DNA of 32,000 nucleotides from Caldivirga maquilingensis IC-167 (GCF_000018305.1 NC_009954.1:150001-182000), one strand, 5' to 3'; shown: positions 8,841 through 18,474, counted from the first letter of the stretch. Translations and numbers: made by a program. Notes: a model not told the origin generated them from the sequence alone.

Positions 8841-9566
8841 ATGCTTATTAATTCCCAGTTTACCGTTCACTTAATGTCTAGGAAGAGTAGGGGAAGTAGG
8901 AAGAAGAGGAGACTATTCATAGTGGCTATAATCGCTATTGCAATAGCTGAGGTGGGGTTCATAGTGGCTTACATTGGTCCAACCCTACTCTATAAGCAAC
9001 CTAGTGCTGAACCTAATTTATTCTCATTAATAGGTGTGTCACTTGTTAACGTATCATCATACACCACTACACCATCATTAATGAATCCCCTCGTTTTCAA
9101 CGGCACTAAGCCGGTGGCAGTATTCATAACCATGGCACCCACGACACAGTGCACAATACCCTACAGCCTACTAAGCAATTTAACCGCATCATCAAACGTA
9201 ATACTGGTTCTACTGAGCTCCCCCACAGTGGGCCTACAGTTCATAACCCCGCCCCAGTGGACTAATGTTTACTACAGTATGGAGACCCTTAACTGCACTG
9301 CACCACCTAATGTTTACTTGGCTACTGCGTCATGGTTCAGTAGTGGTTCCCAGATACCAGTGGGTTTATTTAATGCAACCCAGGCACTTAACATAATTAA
9401 CGCATCCACAGTGCTTAACGCCCTAGAAGGTAATTCAATAAGCACTGTACTGCCAATGATCATAGTATCCTACGGTAATGGTACATTAGTGGGATACTTA
9501 ACAGGCCTTAATGCATTAAATTACAGTAAGATAGCCGTGTTGATTAATAAGGCATCAGGTAGCTGA
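8841..9566 (+). CDS. hypothetical membrane-anchored extracellular protein
   Basis: 241 aa. A basic stretch (SRKSRGSRKKRR) is followed by one TM segment (LFIVAIIAIAIAEVGFIVAYI), then a Ser/Thr/Asn-rich region with many N-x-S/T sequons. The true start may be the ATG at 8874. Confidence 0.55.
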   Translation: MLINSQFTVHLMSRKSRGSRKKRRLFIVAIIAIAIAEVGFIVAYIGPTLLYKQPSAEPNLFSLIGVSLVNVSSYTTTPSLMNPLVFNGTKPVAVFITMAPTTQCTIPYSLLSNLTASSNVILVLLSSPTVGLQFITPPQWTNVYYSMETLNCTAPPNVYLATASWFSSGSQIPVGLFNATQALNIINASTVLNALEGNSISTVLPMIIVSYGNGTLVGYLTGLNALNYSKIAVLINKASGS

Positions 9567-9588
9567 TGTGATGCATTTACTTAATATT

Positions 9589-10041
9589 TTATTGAGCCGC
9601 CTCAGCTTTTTCCTCGGCCTTGGCTTCAGTAGGCTTGGCCTCCCCACTAACCTGAATTACGGGTTCCTTATCCCAATTTTCAGGGTAAACTAAGACTGCG
9701 TTAACTTGAACAATTTGGTCACTAATAGTATTACCCCTAATTAATCTCCTCACCCTTAATCCCTTCTTCTCAGGCCTAAAGCCTGGCCTACCGGAGAGGA
9801 GGGCATACTTCTTCACAGGCCCCTCTATGCCTGGGTGCATTGGTGCCCCATCGTACCCAGTGCCTCCAGTTATCTTAATTCTAAAGCCCTGCGGTAGATC
9901 AATAATCTCCTTAATTAATTGAGCATCAAACACATCCCCTATCCTTAACCCTATTAGCCTCTGGGCCACCTCATCCTTAACCTCAAGTTGCTTAGACTTA
10001 CCGCTCCTTGGGTCACTTAACACTAGCTTAAAGGTTGGCAT
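9589..10041 (-). CDS. rps6e: 30S ribosomal protein S6e
   Basis: 150 aa. The N-terminus MPTFKLVLSDPRSGKSKQLEV and ITGGTGYDGAPM / RPGFRPEKKGLRVRRLIRGN are typical of S6e. It has an Ala/Glu/Lys-rich C-terminal tail. Confidence 0.9.
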   Translation of the reverse strand: MPTFKLVLSDPRSGKSKQLEVKDEVAQRLIGLRIGDVFDAQLIKEIIDLPQGFRIKITGGTGYDGAPMHPGIEGPVKKYALLSGRPGFRPEKKGLRVRRLIRGNTISDQIVQVNAVLVYPENWDKEPVIQVSGEAKPTEAKAEEKAEAAQ

Positions 10042-10059
10042 TACGCGACGCTACATGCT

Positions 10060-10071
10060 TATTTTTTAAAC
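10060..10071 (-). promoter_or_regulatory. TATA box for rps6e
   Basis: The + strand reads TATTTTTTAAAC, centred about 25 nt upstream of the ATG (10041). This is consistent with a leaderless transcript. Confidence 0.5.
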
Positions 10072-10137
10072 TTTACCACGTACTTAAGGCTCCATCCTCT
10101 AGAGGGGTAGATGCATGGGTTTAGGTACATTATTGAG

Positions 10138-10575
10138 TTAAGTTGCGTTCTCTTGACCAAGTGTACTCCTTAGCTTAATCAAGTTATACAGCCAATTACC
10201 CAGTAATTCGCAGGTTTCGGGGGAATTCTCATGGCCGACGCCGCATGAGGATATGTAGGGGCAGTAGAAGCAGGGTATTGTGGCTAGGAGGTTTAAGTCA
10301 ACCTCAGGTATTATACTGGCCTTAGCCTCCAGTTTCCTGGCCTCCCTAAGCCCCTTCCTTGTTAACTTAATTTCATAAACCTTCTCATTAACCTTCCTCC
10401 TTGTTACAAGCCCCATTCTGATTAACTTATTTAATGCAGGTATACCCACCTTACTGTTGGTTCCAGCCATTTTCCATAAATCCTTCTGCAGGCACTTACC
10501 ATTAAGCCTAATTAGAGTTAAGAGTATGTTAACTTCAACAGGCCCTATCTCATCATTATTCTGCTGATTAGACAC
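10138..10575 (-). CDS. winged-helix protein with a C-terminal 4-Cys cluster; TFE-beta / RPC34-39-like transcription factor candidate
   Basis: 145 aa. A wHTH core (CLQKDLWKMAGTNSKVGIPALNKLIRMGLVTRRK) is followed by C-x2-C-x5-C-x10-C (CFYCPYISSCGVGHENSPETC). Crenarchaeal TFE-beta is described as a WH domain plus a 4Fe-4S domain, so the assignment rests on architecture only. Confidence 0.5.
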   Translation of the reverse strand: MSNQQNNDEIGPVEVNILLTLIRLNGKCLQKDLWKMAGTNSKVGIPALNKLIRMGLVTRRKVNEKVYEIKLTRKGLREARKLEAKASIIPEVDLNLLATIPCFYCPYISSCGVGHENSPETCELLGNWLYNLIKLRSTLGQENAT

Positions 10576-10627
10576 AGGCGTTGAGTTTACCTGGGTTATA
10601 AATATTTACCGTTAATGCGCATTTGAC

Positions 10628-12376
10628 TTAAGGATTAGGTAAGTAGGCTTGCTCCCACGGGTATTTACCCTTATCCTTAATGTCCCTTATTTCATCAAGC
10701 TTCTTAAGCATTACATTCAACTCCTCCTTACTTATTTTCCTGAATAATGGCTTTGGTTCACTTAGCCGTAATCCCTGTTCAATAGGCTTCCTAGCATCCC
10801 CCCATCTTAAGCCATTACTGTAACCCATCATTCTCCATAACTCATTAATACTGAAGGGTATTACTGGTGCAAGTGTTATTGATAATGTCTTAACAATGCT
10901 CATGAGCATATATATTGCACTATTGAATTCCACTTCACTTAATCTCCATGGTTGCCTCTCATTAAGGTACTTATTGCCTATCCTTGCTATTTCAATAGAC
11001 TGGGATACCGCATCCTTTAGCATTATTCTCTCATAATCCTCCTCAACAGTGTTGAGGATTTCAAGAACCTTACCGTAAATCTCCTGGTCCTGCTCAATCA
11101 TCTTAACGTCACCGGGTACAGTACCCCACCTCCTCTTAGCCAGTGTCAATACCCTGTGTATGAAGTTACCCACTGTGTCATTCATAATTGAGTTAACTAC
11201 ATCTAGGAATGAATCCCACGTGAAGTTACTATCCCTCTGCTCAGGCCTATTGTAAATGAGGTAGAACCTCCAGTAGTCCGCTGGGAGTAGGGCTATTGCT
11301 TCATCAGCCCAAATCCCAACCCTCTGGCTCTTTGAGAACTTCTTGCCTTCGAAAATCAAGTACTCGGTTGATGACGTTGTCCAAGGCATTACGTAATCCT
11401 CCCCCGTAGCCATAAGTAGTGCTGGGAATATTATTGTGTGGAACGGTATGTTATCCTTACCTATGAAGAATACAACTCTAGTCCCCTTATTAAACCAGAA
11501 CCTCCTCCAATCATCCTCCCTGCCAAGCCTCCTAAAGTACTCTATGGTTGCTGAGACATAGCCTAAAACTGCCTCAAACCAGACGTAAATAGTCTTACCC
11601 TCAGCTCCAGGGAATGGGGCTGGGATACCCCACTTATTATCCCTTGTTATTGCCCTAGGCCTTAAACCCTCCTTAAGTATCCCCAGGCTCATTTGCTTCG
11701 CATTATCTGGAAGCGCACTATTCCCCTCAATGTAGCTCCTAATCCTATCCTCAAGCCTCCTTAAGTCGAGGTACCAGTGCCTGGTTAATCTCCACTCTGG
11801 TGTTGAACCACATATCGCGCACTTGGGGTTAATTAACATTCTTGGTTCAAGCAACCTACCGCAGTTCTCACACTGATCACCCCTTGCGTAGGGGTAACCG
11901 CAGTATGGGCATGTACCTATCACGAACCTATCAGGTAGGAATATCTTATCCCTTGGGCAGTAGGGTAATTCATCATCCTTAGTGAATATGTAGCCATTAT
12001 TGTAGATTTTAGTGAAGGCATCCCTAACATACCACTTATGAACCTCCGACTCAGTCCTAGTGTAGTTATCGGGTTCAATACCCCAAAGCTTAAGTAACTT
12101 AACAATGATTTCATGCATCCTATCCGTTAATTGCCTTGGTTCAATACCCAGTTTAATGGCCTCAACCTCAATTGGCGTACCATGCTCATCACTACCAGTG
12201 ACAAAGACGACATCATAACCCTTCAACTTAAGATACCTTGTGAATACATCAGCGGATAATAGTGAACCTATTAGATTACCTAAGTGTGGGACGGCGTAAA
12301 TATATGGCCATGCTGAGCCCACAACCCACCTTACCTCATTTCCATTGGGGTCACTGAAGATTCGCCTATCAAGCAC
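10628..12376 (-). CDS. metG: methionyl-tRNA synthetase
   Basis: 582 aa. Has the HIGH-type motif (PHLGNLIG), the KMSKS-type motif (KFSKS), zinc knuckles CPYCG...CENCG and CAICG, and an anticodon-binding helical C-terminal domain. Confidence 0.95.
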   Translation of the reverse strand: MLDRRIFSDPNGNEVRWVVGSAWPYIYAVPHLGNLIGSLLSADVFTRYLKLKGYDVVFVTGSDEHGTPIEVEAIKLGIEPRQLTDRMHEIIVKLLKLWGIEPDNYTRTESEVHKWYVRDAFTKIYNNGYIFTKDDELPYCPRDKIFLPDRFVIGTCPYCGYPYARGDQCENCGRLLEPRMLINPKCAICGSTPEWRLTRHWYLDLRRLEDRIRSYIEGNSALPDNAKQMSLGILKEGLRPRAITRDNKWGIPAPFPGAEGKTIYVWFEAVLGYVSATIEYFRRLGREDDWRRFWFNKGTRVVFFIGKDNIPFHTIIFPALLMATGEDYVMPWTTSSTEYLIFEGKKFSKSQRVGIWADEAIALLPADYWRFYLIYNRPEQRDSNFTWDSFLDVVNSIMNDTVGNFIHRVLTLAKRRWGTVPGDVKMIEQDQEIYGKVLEILNTVEEDYERIMLKDAVSQSIEIARIGNKYLNERQPWRLSEVEFNSAIYMLMSIVKTLSITLAPVIPFSINELWRMMGYSNGLRWGDARKPIEQGLRLSEPKPLFRKISKEELNVMLKKLDEIRDIKDKGKYPWEQAYLPNP

Positions 12377-12491
12377 TCTTAATAAGCTTTTCCATTACAA
12401 TAAATTAGGCTGCTTAAGTCCATTACCCTGAGCCAATACTTAGAGCACTGGTGAGTTCGGTTTTTAAACTGATATTGAATCGACGCTGCAC

Positions 12492-13937
12492 ATGAATAGG
12501 TATCAGGTAGCGATAACGGTTATTTCGATAGCGTTAGCTGTATCCTGGATTATATCAATAGTTAATATTACCTCTGCTAAAACCAATGCAAGCATAACTG
12601 TAACAAACACCATTACTCAGACTATTACAAGCACCGTAGTTAGAACCATTACGTATACTCCCCAATACACTAAATACACTAACGTTACCGGCAGCAATAG
12701 TAGTCAACTTAATTACCAATTCATGTTACCTTACGTAGTTCAATCAATACCAGGGGAGTCTAGTGGGTACTGGCGTAATACGGTAATGTTCGATGGTAAT
12801 CCACAACATGATTACTTTGTACCAACTAGAACAGGTTACTTCATGGTCAACGTTACTTGGGCTATTATTGTTCAACCAACCATCTACGGTTACTTACTCA
12901 TAGTAACCACCTCAGGTCCATTTAACGCCACAAGCTTTAGTGTTAAAGATGATGTAGGTAGCGTCTGCGCATTGAGTGCAATTAATGGTGACGTGGTTTG
13001 GTGTAGGGTCTTCCCTAATCAAATAATGACGCAACCCATTGTGATCAACGACACACTGGTGGTTGGTTTAGGAAACGCCGTGTTAACCCCAACATACAGG
13101 GGCACTGGTGTTAATGCCGTGGTGGCGTTAAATGTGAGTAACGGTAACGAATTATGGAATTACACCACGTTGGGTGAAGATATGCCAACACCAGTTTACT
13201 ACAGGGGCATGGTAATTGAGGCTGATGGCAGCGGGGATGCCTTCGCATTAAATATTACTAACGGTAAACCCGTATGGATTGATCAATTAGGCACCTACGA
13301 TAGCATGTCTTCACTGCTCCTGGTTAATGGCATTGTTTACTTTGGTACATCAACAACATTCTGGGCTATTAATGCAAGTAATGGCGCAGTGATATGGGGT
13401 GATTATCTTTATGGAACTTACCAAAACATGGGTGGTTTAGATGATTCATCACCAGCATACTATGGAGGCATCGTAGTAACGTCATTCACTGTACATCTCT
13501 CTAATAACCTTATGGATGAGGAATTAGTCGCCTTTAATGCTACTAATGGTAATATCCTATGGACCTTCTATGAAGGAATATCACCAGTGCCACCTAACCT
13601 TGAGGCTCCACCTGTGGTAATACATAGGGGTATTGTCTTCCATGATTCACCAGTCGGTGTACTATATGCTATTAACGTAACTAATGGTAAAGTATTATGG
13701 ACATTTAAGACTGGACCCACGTTAAGTACTGTGGGAATTATAGGTGATTATATTATTATTCAAAATAGAACCGGTGAAATGTTCGTACTTAGCCTTAACG
13801 GCGACTTAATTAAGACTATTATTACTCCGGTGATTCCGGGTCCAGGTAGTCCACTTATCACGAAGAATTCTGTAATAATAGCCGGCTTAAATGGAATCAT
13901 TGACTCAATACCACTCTACATAGTTCTACATACATAA
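12492..13937 (+). CDS. secreted or anchored PQQ-like (BamB-type) beta-propeller repeat protein
   Basis: 481 aa with an N-terminal anchor (VAITVISIALAVSWIISIV). The repeat A(L/I/F)N(x)(S/T)NG(x)(x)(x)W recurs at least 5 times (ALNVSNGNELWNY, ALNITNGKPVWID, AINASNGAVIWGD, AFNATNGNILWTF, AINVTNGKVLWTF). Confidence 0.75.
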   Translation: MNRYQVAITVISIALAVSWIISIVNITSAKTNASITVTNTITQTITSTVVRTITYTPQYTKYTNVTGSNSSQLNYQFMLPYVVQSIPGESSGYWRNTVMFDGNPQHDYFVPTRTGYFMVNVTWAIIVQPTIYGYLLIVTTSGPFNATSFSVKDDVGSVCALSAINGDVVWCRVFPNQIMTQPIVINDTLVVGLGNAVLTPTYRGTGVNAVVALNVSNGNELWNYTTLGEDMPTPVYYRGMVIEADGSGDAFALNITNGKPVWIDQLGTYDSMSSLLLVNGIVYFGTSTTFWAINASNGAVIWGDYLYGTYQNMGGLDDSSPAYYGGIVVTSFTVHLSNNLMDEELVAFNATNGNILWTFYEGISPVPPNLEAPPVVIHRGIVFHDSPVGVLYAINVTNGKVLWTFKTGPTLSTVGIIGDYIIIQNRTGEMFVLSLNGDLIKTIITPVIPGPGSPLITKNSVIIAGLNGIIDSIPLYIVLHT

Positions 13938-14148
13938 GTAGTAACTTAAATTATGTTTTTAAAACTATAATTCATTAGTTTATACTGGTAAATTAATGAG
14001 AGTTGACGCCTTCGTGGGAAGATTATAAATCAAGCAGATATACTAACTATTACTGAATCGTTACCATTATTTACGTTACCTCATTCGTAATCCAGTAACT
14101 TGAGTAGTGTTTAAAAGCAGTGGTGGTTATTTATCATAAGTGGTTTAA

Positions 14149-14766
14149 ATGTCCCTAATTGACGTTAGTAGGTTAAATGAGTTTGATGAGGATATGGTGA
14201 TAAGGTTCCCCATAAGGCCTCATACGTTTAAGAAGGGGAAGGTTAGGTTAATGAGTATTGACGCCTTCGAGAAGGCTATTGACCCAAGTAGGCTAAGCAT
14301 ACTTAAGTTAATTGCCTTCGGTGTGTCTAAGCCGTCTATAATTGGGGTGAAGCTTAAGATGCCTAAATCAACATTGTATAGGCACTTGTCAGTGTTAATG
14401 AAGTATGGTTGGATTGAGAGGAGTAGCAATGGGTTAGTTTTCTCAGCCCCAATATACCTCGCCTATGAGGTTGAGAGCGGGAAGCCTGGTTCATTAGGCC
14501 TAAGGCTTCTTAACGGGAAGGGTGCTTTCATAGATGAGAAGACGGGGTTCATAATAATCAATGGTGTTAGACCCATTCAAAACTGTTTAAAATGCCCAAT
14601 GCTTAGGCAATGTACCGAGCACGTTAAGTTACTGGCTCATGAATTCAACGTAACCCTGAGGAGTAAAACCCCCGCTGAGGCTTATATAGAGGTTTTAACC
14701 TGGGTAACGTCTAAGAATTTAGCCAGGATACTTAACTCAATATACCTTGATTTAAGCATTAGGTGA
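14149..14766 (+). CDS. ArsR-like winged-helix DNA-binding protein with a C-terminal CxxCPx4C motif
   Basis: 205 aa with the ArsR-type pattern DPSRLSILKLIAFGVSKPSIIGVKLKMPKSTLYRHLSVLMKYGWIE, then NCLKCPMLRQC. The true start might be the ATG at 14251 (MSIDAFEKAIDPSRL). Confidence 0.6.
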   Translation: MSLIDVSRLNEFDEDMVIRFPIRPHTFKKGKVRLMSIDAFEKAIDPSRLSILKLIAFGVSKPSIIGVKLKMPKSTLYRHLSVLMKYGWIERSSNGLVFSAPIYLAYEVESGKPGSLGLRLLNGKGAFIDEKTGFIIINGVRPIQNCLKCPMLRQCTEHVKLLAHEFNVTLRSKTPAEAYIEVLTWVTSKNLARILNSIYLDLSIR

Positions 14767-14826
14767 AGTTAAGCCCGTTGCGGAAAAGTAATAAAAACAC
14801 ACGCATGGTACTGATAATTAGTTGGC

Positions 14827-16056
14827 ATGGGTAAGGAGGCATTACTGGTTTACGTTGATCCAAATCCCATGGAGAGTAAGGTTAATGAATTCAGAATGCT
14901 TGCCGAGGTAGCTGGCTATGAGGTTAAGGGGCTTGTAGTTCAGAGGAGGATCCCGGACTCCAGGTATTACGTGGGTATTGGTAAGCTTATGGATGTTAAG
15001 AGGCTTATTGAGGACGGCGTCAATTACCTAATAACATACCATCAGCTTAAGCCTAATCAATCCTTTAACTTATCCAGGGAGTTAAGGGTGAATGTAATGG
15101 ATAGAGTTAAGTTAATCCTTGAGATATTTGATAAGAGGGCTGGTGATGCTGAGGCTAAACTACAGATAAAGTTAGCTGAGTTAAAGTACTCACTGCCCTT
15201 AATCAGGGAGTACATTAGGTTGAGTAAGAAGGGGGAGCAGATTGGCTTTCACGGCCTGGGTGAGTATGGTGCAGAAACATACTATAAGCATGCCTTAAGG
15301 CAGATAGCCTCAGTTAAGAGGAGGTTAAACGCAATAAAGTCCATGAGGGATACTCACATAATTAAGAGGAAGGATAAGGGTATCCCTGAGGTTGCGTTAA
15401 CAGGCTACACAATGGCCGGTAAGACGACGCTCTTCAATAGGTTAACCGGCGAGGGCAAGTATATTGATGGTAAGGCATTCGCAACCCTATCAACCTACTC
15501 CAGGTTAGTTAATTTTAATGGTAAGTACGCCGTTATTACAGATACCGTAGGCTTCATTGATGACTTACCACCAGTATTAGTGGAGTCTTTCTACTCAACA
15601 ATAAGGGAAATAGCGTACGCAGACCTCATACTCCTCATAATAGACTCAAGTGACTCAGCGGAGGAGGTGCGTAGGAAGGTTAGCAGTTCAATAAGTATAT
15701 TAAATGATATAGCTGTACCTATGAGTAAGGTTATTCCAGTCTTCAATAAGATTGATGAAGTTAAGGACACTGATTCATTACTTAATGTTGCGCTTGAATT
15801 CAAGTTAAGTAACCCATTATTCATATCAGCTAAGGCTGGTATTGGGTTGGAGTCATTGAAGAGTAGGATAGCCTCCGAGTTAAGGGATTACACCACGGTG
15901 AGATTAGCCGTGGGGGATCTTGATACTGTTAATCAACTGCTTAGGCATAGGGCATCAATAATGTTTATTAATAATGACTCCGCATTAGTTAATGTTAGGA
16001 GGGAGGATCTTGCACTCCTTGATGAGAAGGGGATTAGTTACCGGATTGAAGGCTGA
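14827..16056 (+). CDS. hflX: GTPase HflX
   Basis: 409 aa. An HflX-type N-terminal domain is followed by G1 (GYTMAGKTTLFNRLTG), G3 (DTVGF) and G4 (NKID). Confidence 0.9.
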   Translation: MGKEALLVYVDPNPMESKVNEFRMLAEVAGYEVKGLVVQRRIPDSRYYVGIGKLMDVKRLIEDGVNYLITYHQLKPNQSFNLSRELRVNVMDRVKLILEIFDKRAGDAEAKLQIKLAELKYSLPLIREYIRLSKKGEQIGFHGLGEYGAETYYKHALRQIASVKRRLNAIKSMRDTHIIKRKDKGIPEVALTGYTMAGKTTLFNRLTGEGKYIDGKAFATLSTYSRLVNFNGKYAVITDTVGFIDDLPPVLVESFYSTIREIAYADLILLIIDSSDSAEEVRRKVSSSISILNDIAVPMSKVIPVFNKIDEVKDTDSLLNVALEFKLSNPLFISAKAGIGLESLKSRIASELRDYTTVRLAVGDLDTVNQLLRHRASIMFINNDSALVNVRREDLALLDEKGISYRIEG

Positions 16057-16294
16057 GTATTAGGTAAATGTGCTTGAGAACCCCATTAATCAAACTTCGC
16101 GCGCTATTAATGTCGCTTGCCTTAATAACCACCACAACATCGCCGTTACTTAAATACGTTGATACCATACCCCTCTTAAACTTGAATTCAGGTTCCATTA
16201 CCTTAAAAACCCTGTAAACAACCTCATTATCCTCACTTAACCTAAGCCTAATGGAGACCTCTATGGGTTCAGAGTCACTCACTCTGCTGGTCAT
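16034..16294 (-). CDS. pcc1: KEOPS complex subunit Pcc1-like
   Basis: 86 aa. The pattern IRLRLSEDNEVVYRVF...VVVVIKASDINSARSLINGVLKHI parallels archaeal Pcc1 as I recall it (...FPSEDxAxxVYxA...IKAxDxxALRxxxNSxLRWI). Its start overlaps the upstream coiled-coil gene by 20 nt. Confidence 0.65.
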   Translation of the reverse strand: MTSRVSDSEPIEVSIRLRLSEDNEVVYRVFKVMEPEFKFKRGMVSTYLSNGDVVVVIKASDINSARSLINGVLKHIYLILSLQSGN

Positions 16295-17276
16295 CTGAGT
16301 CCTCCAGTCCCATTAACTCATCAAGGCTAACTCTTTCACCCTTCTCAAGCTTCTGAAGAGCCTCCATGGCCTTCCTCCTCAACTCACCCTTAACCGACTC
16401 CTCACTCCTCCTTCTCTCAGCCGCCGCTGCTGATTTCCTTGCAGCCACTAGGAGTAGCCTATTCTTATTAATCTCATCAATAATCTGCCTCTTAGTCTCC
16501 TTAAGCTCCTTTATTCTAGCGTAGAGGCCCAGCATCTGCTTCTTGATCTCATCCCTCTCAGCCTTCAACTCATCCCTCCTCTTCTTAAGTTCACCTATAC
16601 TATTTCTAATTTCATTCACCTTACTCCTAAGCCCCATTAACTCATCCTTAAGCGGCTTATAGCTACCCTCGTAGGTTGACTTGAGGCTGTTGACTAATTC
16701 AGTACGTCTTCTACTTAATTCCTCAATTTCCTTAACAGTGTTGGCTATATGATTCCTAAGCTCATCCAGTGTCTCAGCCTTCTCAAGGTTCTTCTCAAGC
16801 TCTGTAATGGTTTTATAGAACTCCATCTCCTTCTTTAAATCTGAAGGTGATGTATCATGCTCAAACTCAAGCCTCTCAATCAAGACCCTTAACTTATCCT
16901 TATCCTGAACCCTACCACCTGATGCCTCAAGCTCCTTTAAAAGCTCCCTAAGATTCCTAACCCTATCCCTTAATTGAATAATCCTCTTACTCACCTCATC
17001 CTTCTCAGCCTTATTCTTCTTAAGATACTCAATGAGATTATTCCTTTTACTGATTAATTCATTAATCTTATTCTTTAATTCACTTAACTCAGCCCTCTTA
17101 CTGTTTAATTGGTTTATTACGGCTGTTAATTGGCTTCTCTTCTCATTTAACTTGCCTTTAAGTTCATTCAATTCCTTATAAGTCTTATCCAACTCACCAT
17201 TAACATCATTCAACTTAACGTTCAACTCTTCTATCTTCTTCTCAAGCTCCTCAACGTTAAGTAATGACACAAGCAA
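16275..17276 (-). CDS. archaeal coiled-coil protein (COG1340-like)
   Basis: 333 aa, almost entirely heptad-like Glu/Lys/Leu/Arg/Asn sequence. It has a TTG start (GTG two codons downstream is an alternative) and an acidic C-terminus. Confidence 0.7.
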   Translation of the reverse strand: MLVSLLNVEELEKKIEELNVKLNDVNGELDKTYKELNELKGKLNEKRSQLTAVINQLNSKRAELSELKNKINELISKRNNLIEYLKKNKAEKDEVSKRIIQLRDRVRNLRELLKELEASGGRVQDKDKLRVLIERLEFEHDTSPSDLKKEMEFYKTITELEKNLEKAETLDELRNHIANTVKEIEELSRRRTELVNSLKSTYEGSYKPLKDELMGLRSKVNEIRNSIGELKKRRDELKAERDEIKKQMLGLYARIKELKETKRQIIDEINKNRLLLVAARKSAAAAERRRSEESVKGELRRKAMEALQKLEKGERVSLDELMGLEDSDDQQSE

Positions 17277-17463
17277 CCCTTAACAACCCAATATATAAGC
17301 TTTATCCAAGAGAAAGTAAACCACCCCACCCTTAGGGAGTTGGGGGTTTCTACCTCATTGCCCCACCTTACCTGAATTACCCAAGGATACTGAGCATGGC
17401 CATGTAGGCTGTAATACACTGCCTTAAAAGGCAAGGCTTCAATACGATCCGCTAAAGCTTTAA

Positions 17464-18306
17464 ATGCAGGCATCCCGGTTAATGAGCATGGAGTATAGGG
17501 ATTTCAGGGGAGGGTTAAGAATGCCTATTATTGGCTTAGGCTCGTACTTATCTGTATCAGAATGCATGAGGAGAGACCATTACATTGCAGTCTTCAGAAG
17601 AGCCCTGGAACTGGGTTACAGGATGTTCGATACCGCAGAGGCTTATAATTGCTCCGAGGAAGTCATAGGCAAGGCTGTTTCTGGTTTTTCTCGTGATGAT
17701 TTGTTTATTATTAGTAAGGTTTGGCCTACTCATGCTTCTTTTAATGATGTTTTGAGGAGTGCTAGGGCTAGTGTTGGTAGGCTTGGTACTTTCATTGACC
17801 TATACCTCCTCCACTGGCCTAGTCGTGAGGTGCCTATTGCTGAGACTATTAGGGCTTTTGAGAGGCTTATTGATGATGGTTTAATTAGGTTCATGGGTGT
17901 TAGTAATTTTGATTCAACCGCCTTAATGGAGGCTATGAGTGCTGCTAAGAAGTATGAGATTGTTGCCGATGAGGTTAAGTATAATTTAACAGATAGGTTC
18001 ATTGAGAGGGATTTAATGCCAATAGCCGTTAAGGAGAATATAGCCATAATAGCCTACAGCCCACTGGGCACCGGTAACCTACTAAACCCCAGTAACCCAG
18101 GCTACAGTGTGTTAAAGACCATAGCCGATAAGTACGGTAAAACACCGGCACAAGTGGCGTTAAACTGGTTAATAAGTAAACCAAACACAGTGGCGATACC
18201 AAAGGCAACAAGGGAGGAGCATTTAAGGGAGAACCTAGGGGCATTAGGATGGAGAATAAACCAAGAAGACCAAAAACAACTAGAACAAGCATACCCAATA
18301 AGATGA
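17464..18306 (+). CDS. aldo/keto reductase
   Basis: AKR catalytic residue contexts are present: FDTAEAY (D, Y), ISKVW (K), LLHWP (H). The start is more likely ATG 17488 (MEYRDF..., parallel to MEYVSLG in the paralog), with the A/T box CTTTAAAT about 25-30 nt upstream. Confidence 0.85.
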   Translation: MQASRLMSMEYRDFRGGLRMPIIGLGSYLSVSECMRRDHYIAVFRRALELGYRMFDTAEAYNCSEEVIGKAVSGFSRDDLFIISKVWPTHASFNDVLRSARASVGRLGTFIDLYLLHWPSREVPIAETIRAFERLIDDGLIRFMGVSNFDSTALMEAMSAAKKYEIVADEVKYNLTDRFIERDLMPIAVKENIAIIAYSPLGTGNLLNPSNPGYSVLKTIADKYGKTPAQVALNWLISKPNTVAIPKATREEHLRENLGALGWRINQEDQKQLEQAYPIR

Positions 18307-18394
18307 CTAGTTTAAACAATTTACAATAACGCACCTAAAACCTTGATAATTCGCAATGGTTTCCTCCATTCCAAGAGGTTTCACCTTATGTAAA

Positions 18395-18406
18395 TACATA
18401 AAAAGT
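18395..18406 (+). promoter_or_regulatory. A/T box upstream of the candidate C/D box sRNA
   Basis: ATACATAAAAAG is centred about 26 nt upstream of the proposed C box at 18427. Confidence 0.4.
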
Positions 18407-18426
18407 ACCTTAAGTGCTTAGGGTTG

Positions 18427-18474
18427 GTGAGGAACATAAATCAACTGATTATTGATGAAACTGACCTGCTCTGA
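18427..18474 (+). ncRNA. candidate C/D box sRNA (2'-O-methylation guide)
   Basis: GUGAGGA (C box, one mismatch) - 11 nt - CUGA (D') - UUA - UGAUGA (C') - 12 nt - CUGA (D). About 50 nt in total, with GGG/CCC flanks, lying between convergent gene ends. Confidence 0.5.

Noticed and set aside
11920-12114. Track ORF 11920..12114 (-), an alternative frame inside metG
   Set aside because: It lies within the motif-verified metG reading frame, so it is an out-of-frame artefact.
14220-15824. Track ORFs 14220..14429 (-) and 15591..15824 (-)
   Set aside because: They are antisense to the ArsR-like gene and hflX respectively, and are shadow ORFs.
16034-16056. Convergent 3'-end overlaps: hflX/pcc1 (23 nt) and PfkB kinase/MFS at 25065-25097 (33 nt)
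   Set aside because: Short convergent overlaps are common in compact archaeal genomes and need no special mechanism. They are noted only because overlapping 3' ends could give antisense transcription.
17231-17473. Track ORF 17231..17473 (-), 80 aa
   Set aside because: It overlaps the 5' end of the coiled-coil gene out of frame and spans that gene's promoter. The Trp/Cys-rich peptide looks non-genic. The underlying GC-rich DNA is reported as a finding instead.
17730-18334. Track ORFs 17730..18047 and 18029..18334 (-), and 19135..19383 / 19705..19962 (+)
   Set aside because: They are antisense shadows of the two AKR genes and polB.
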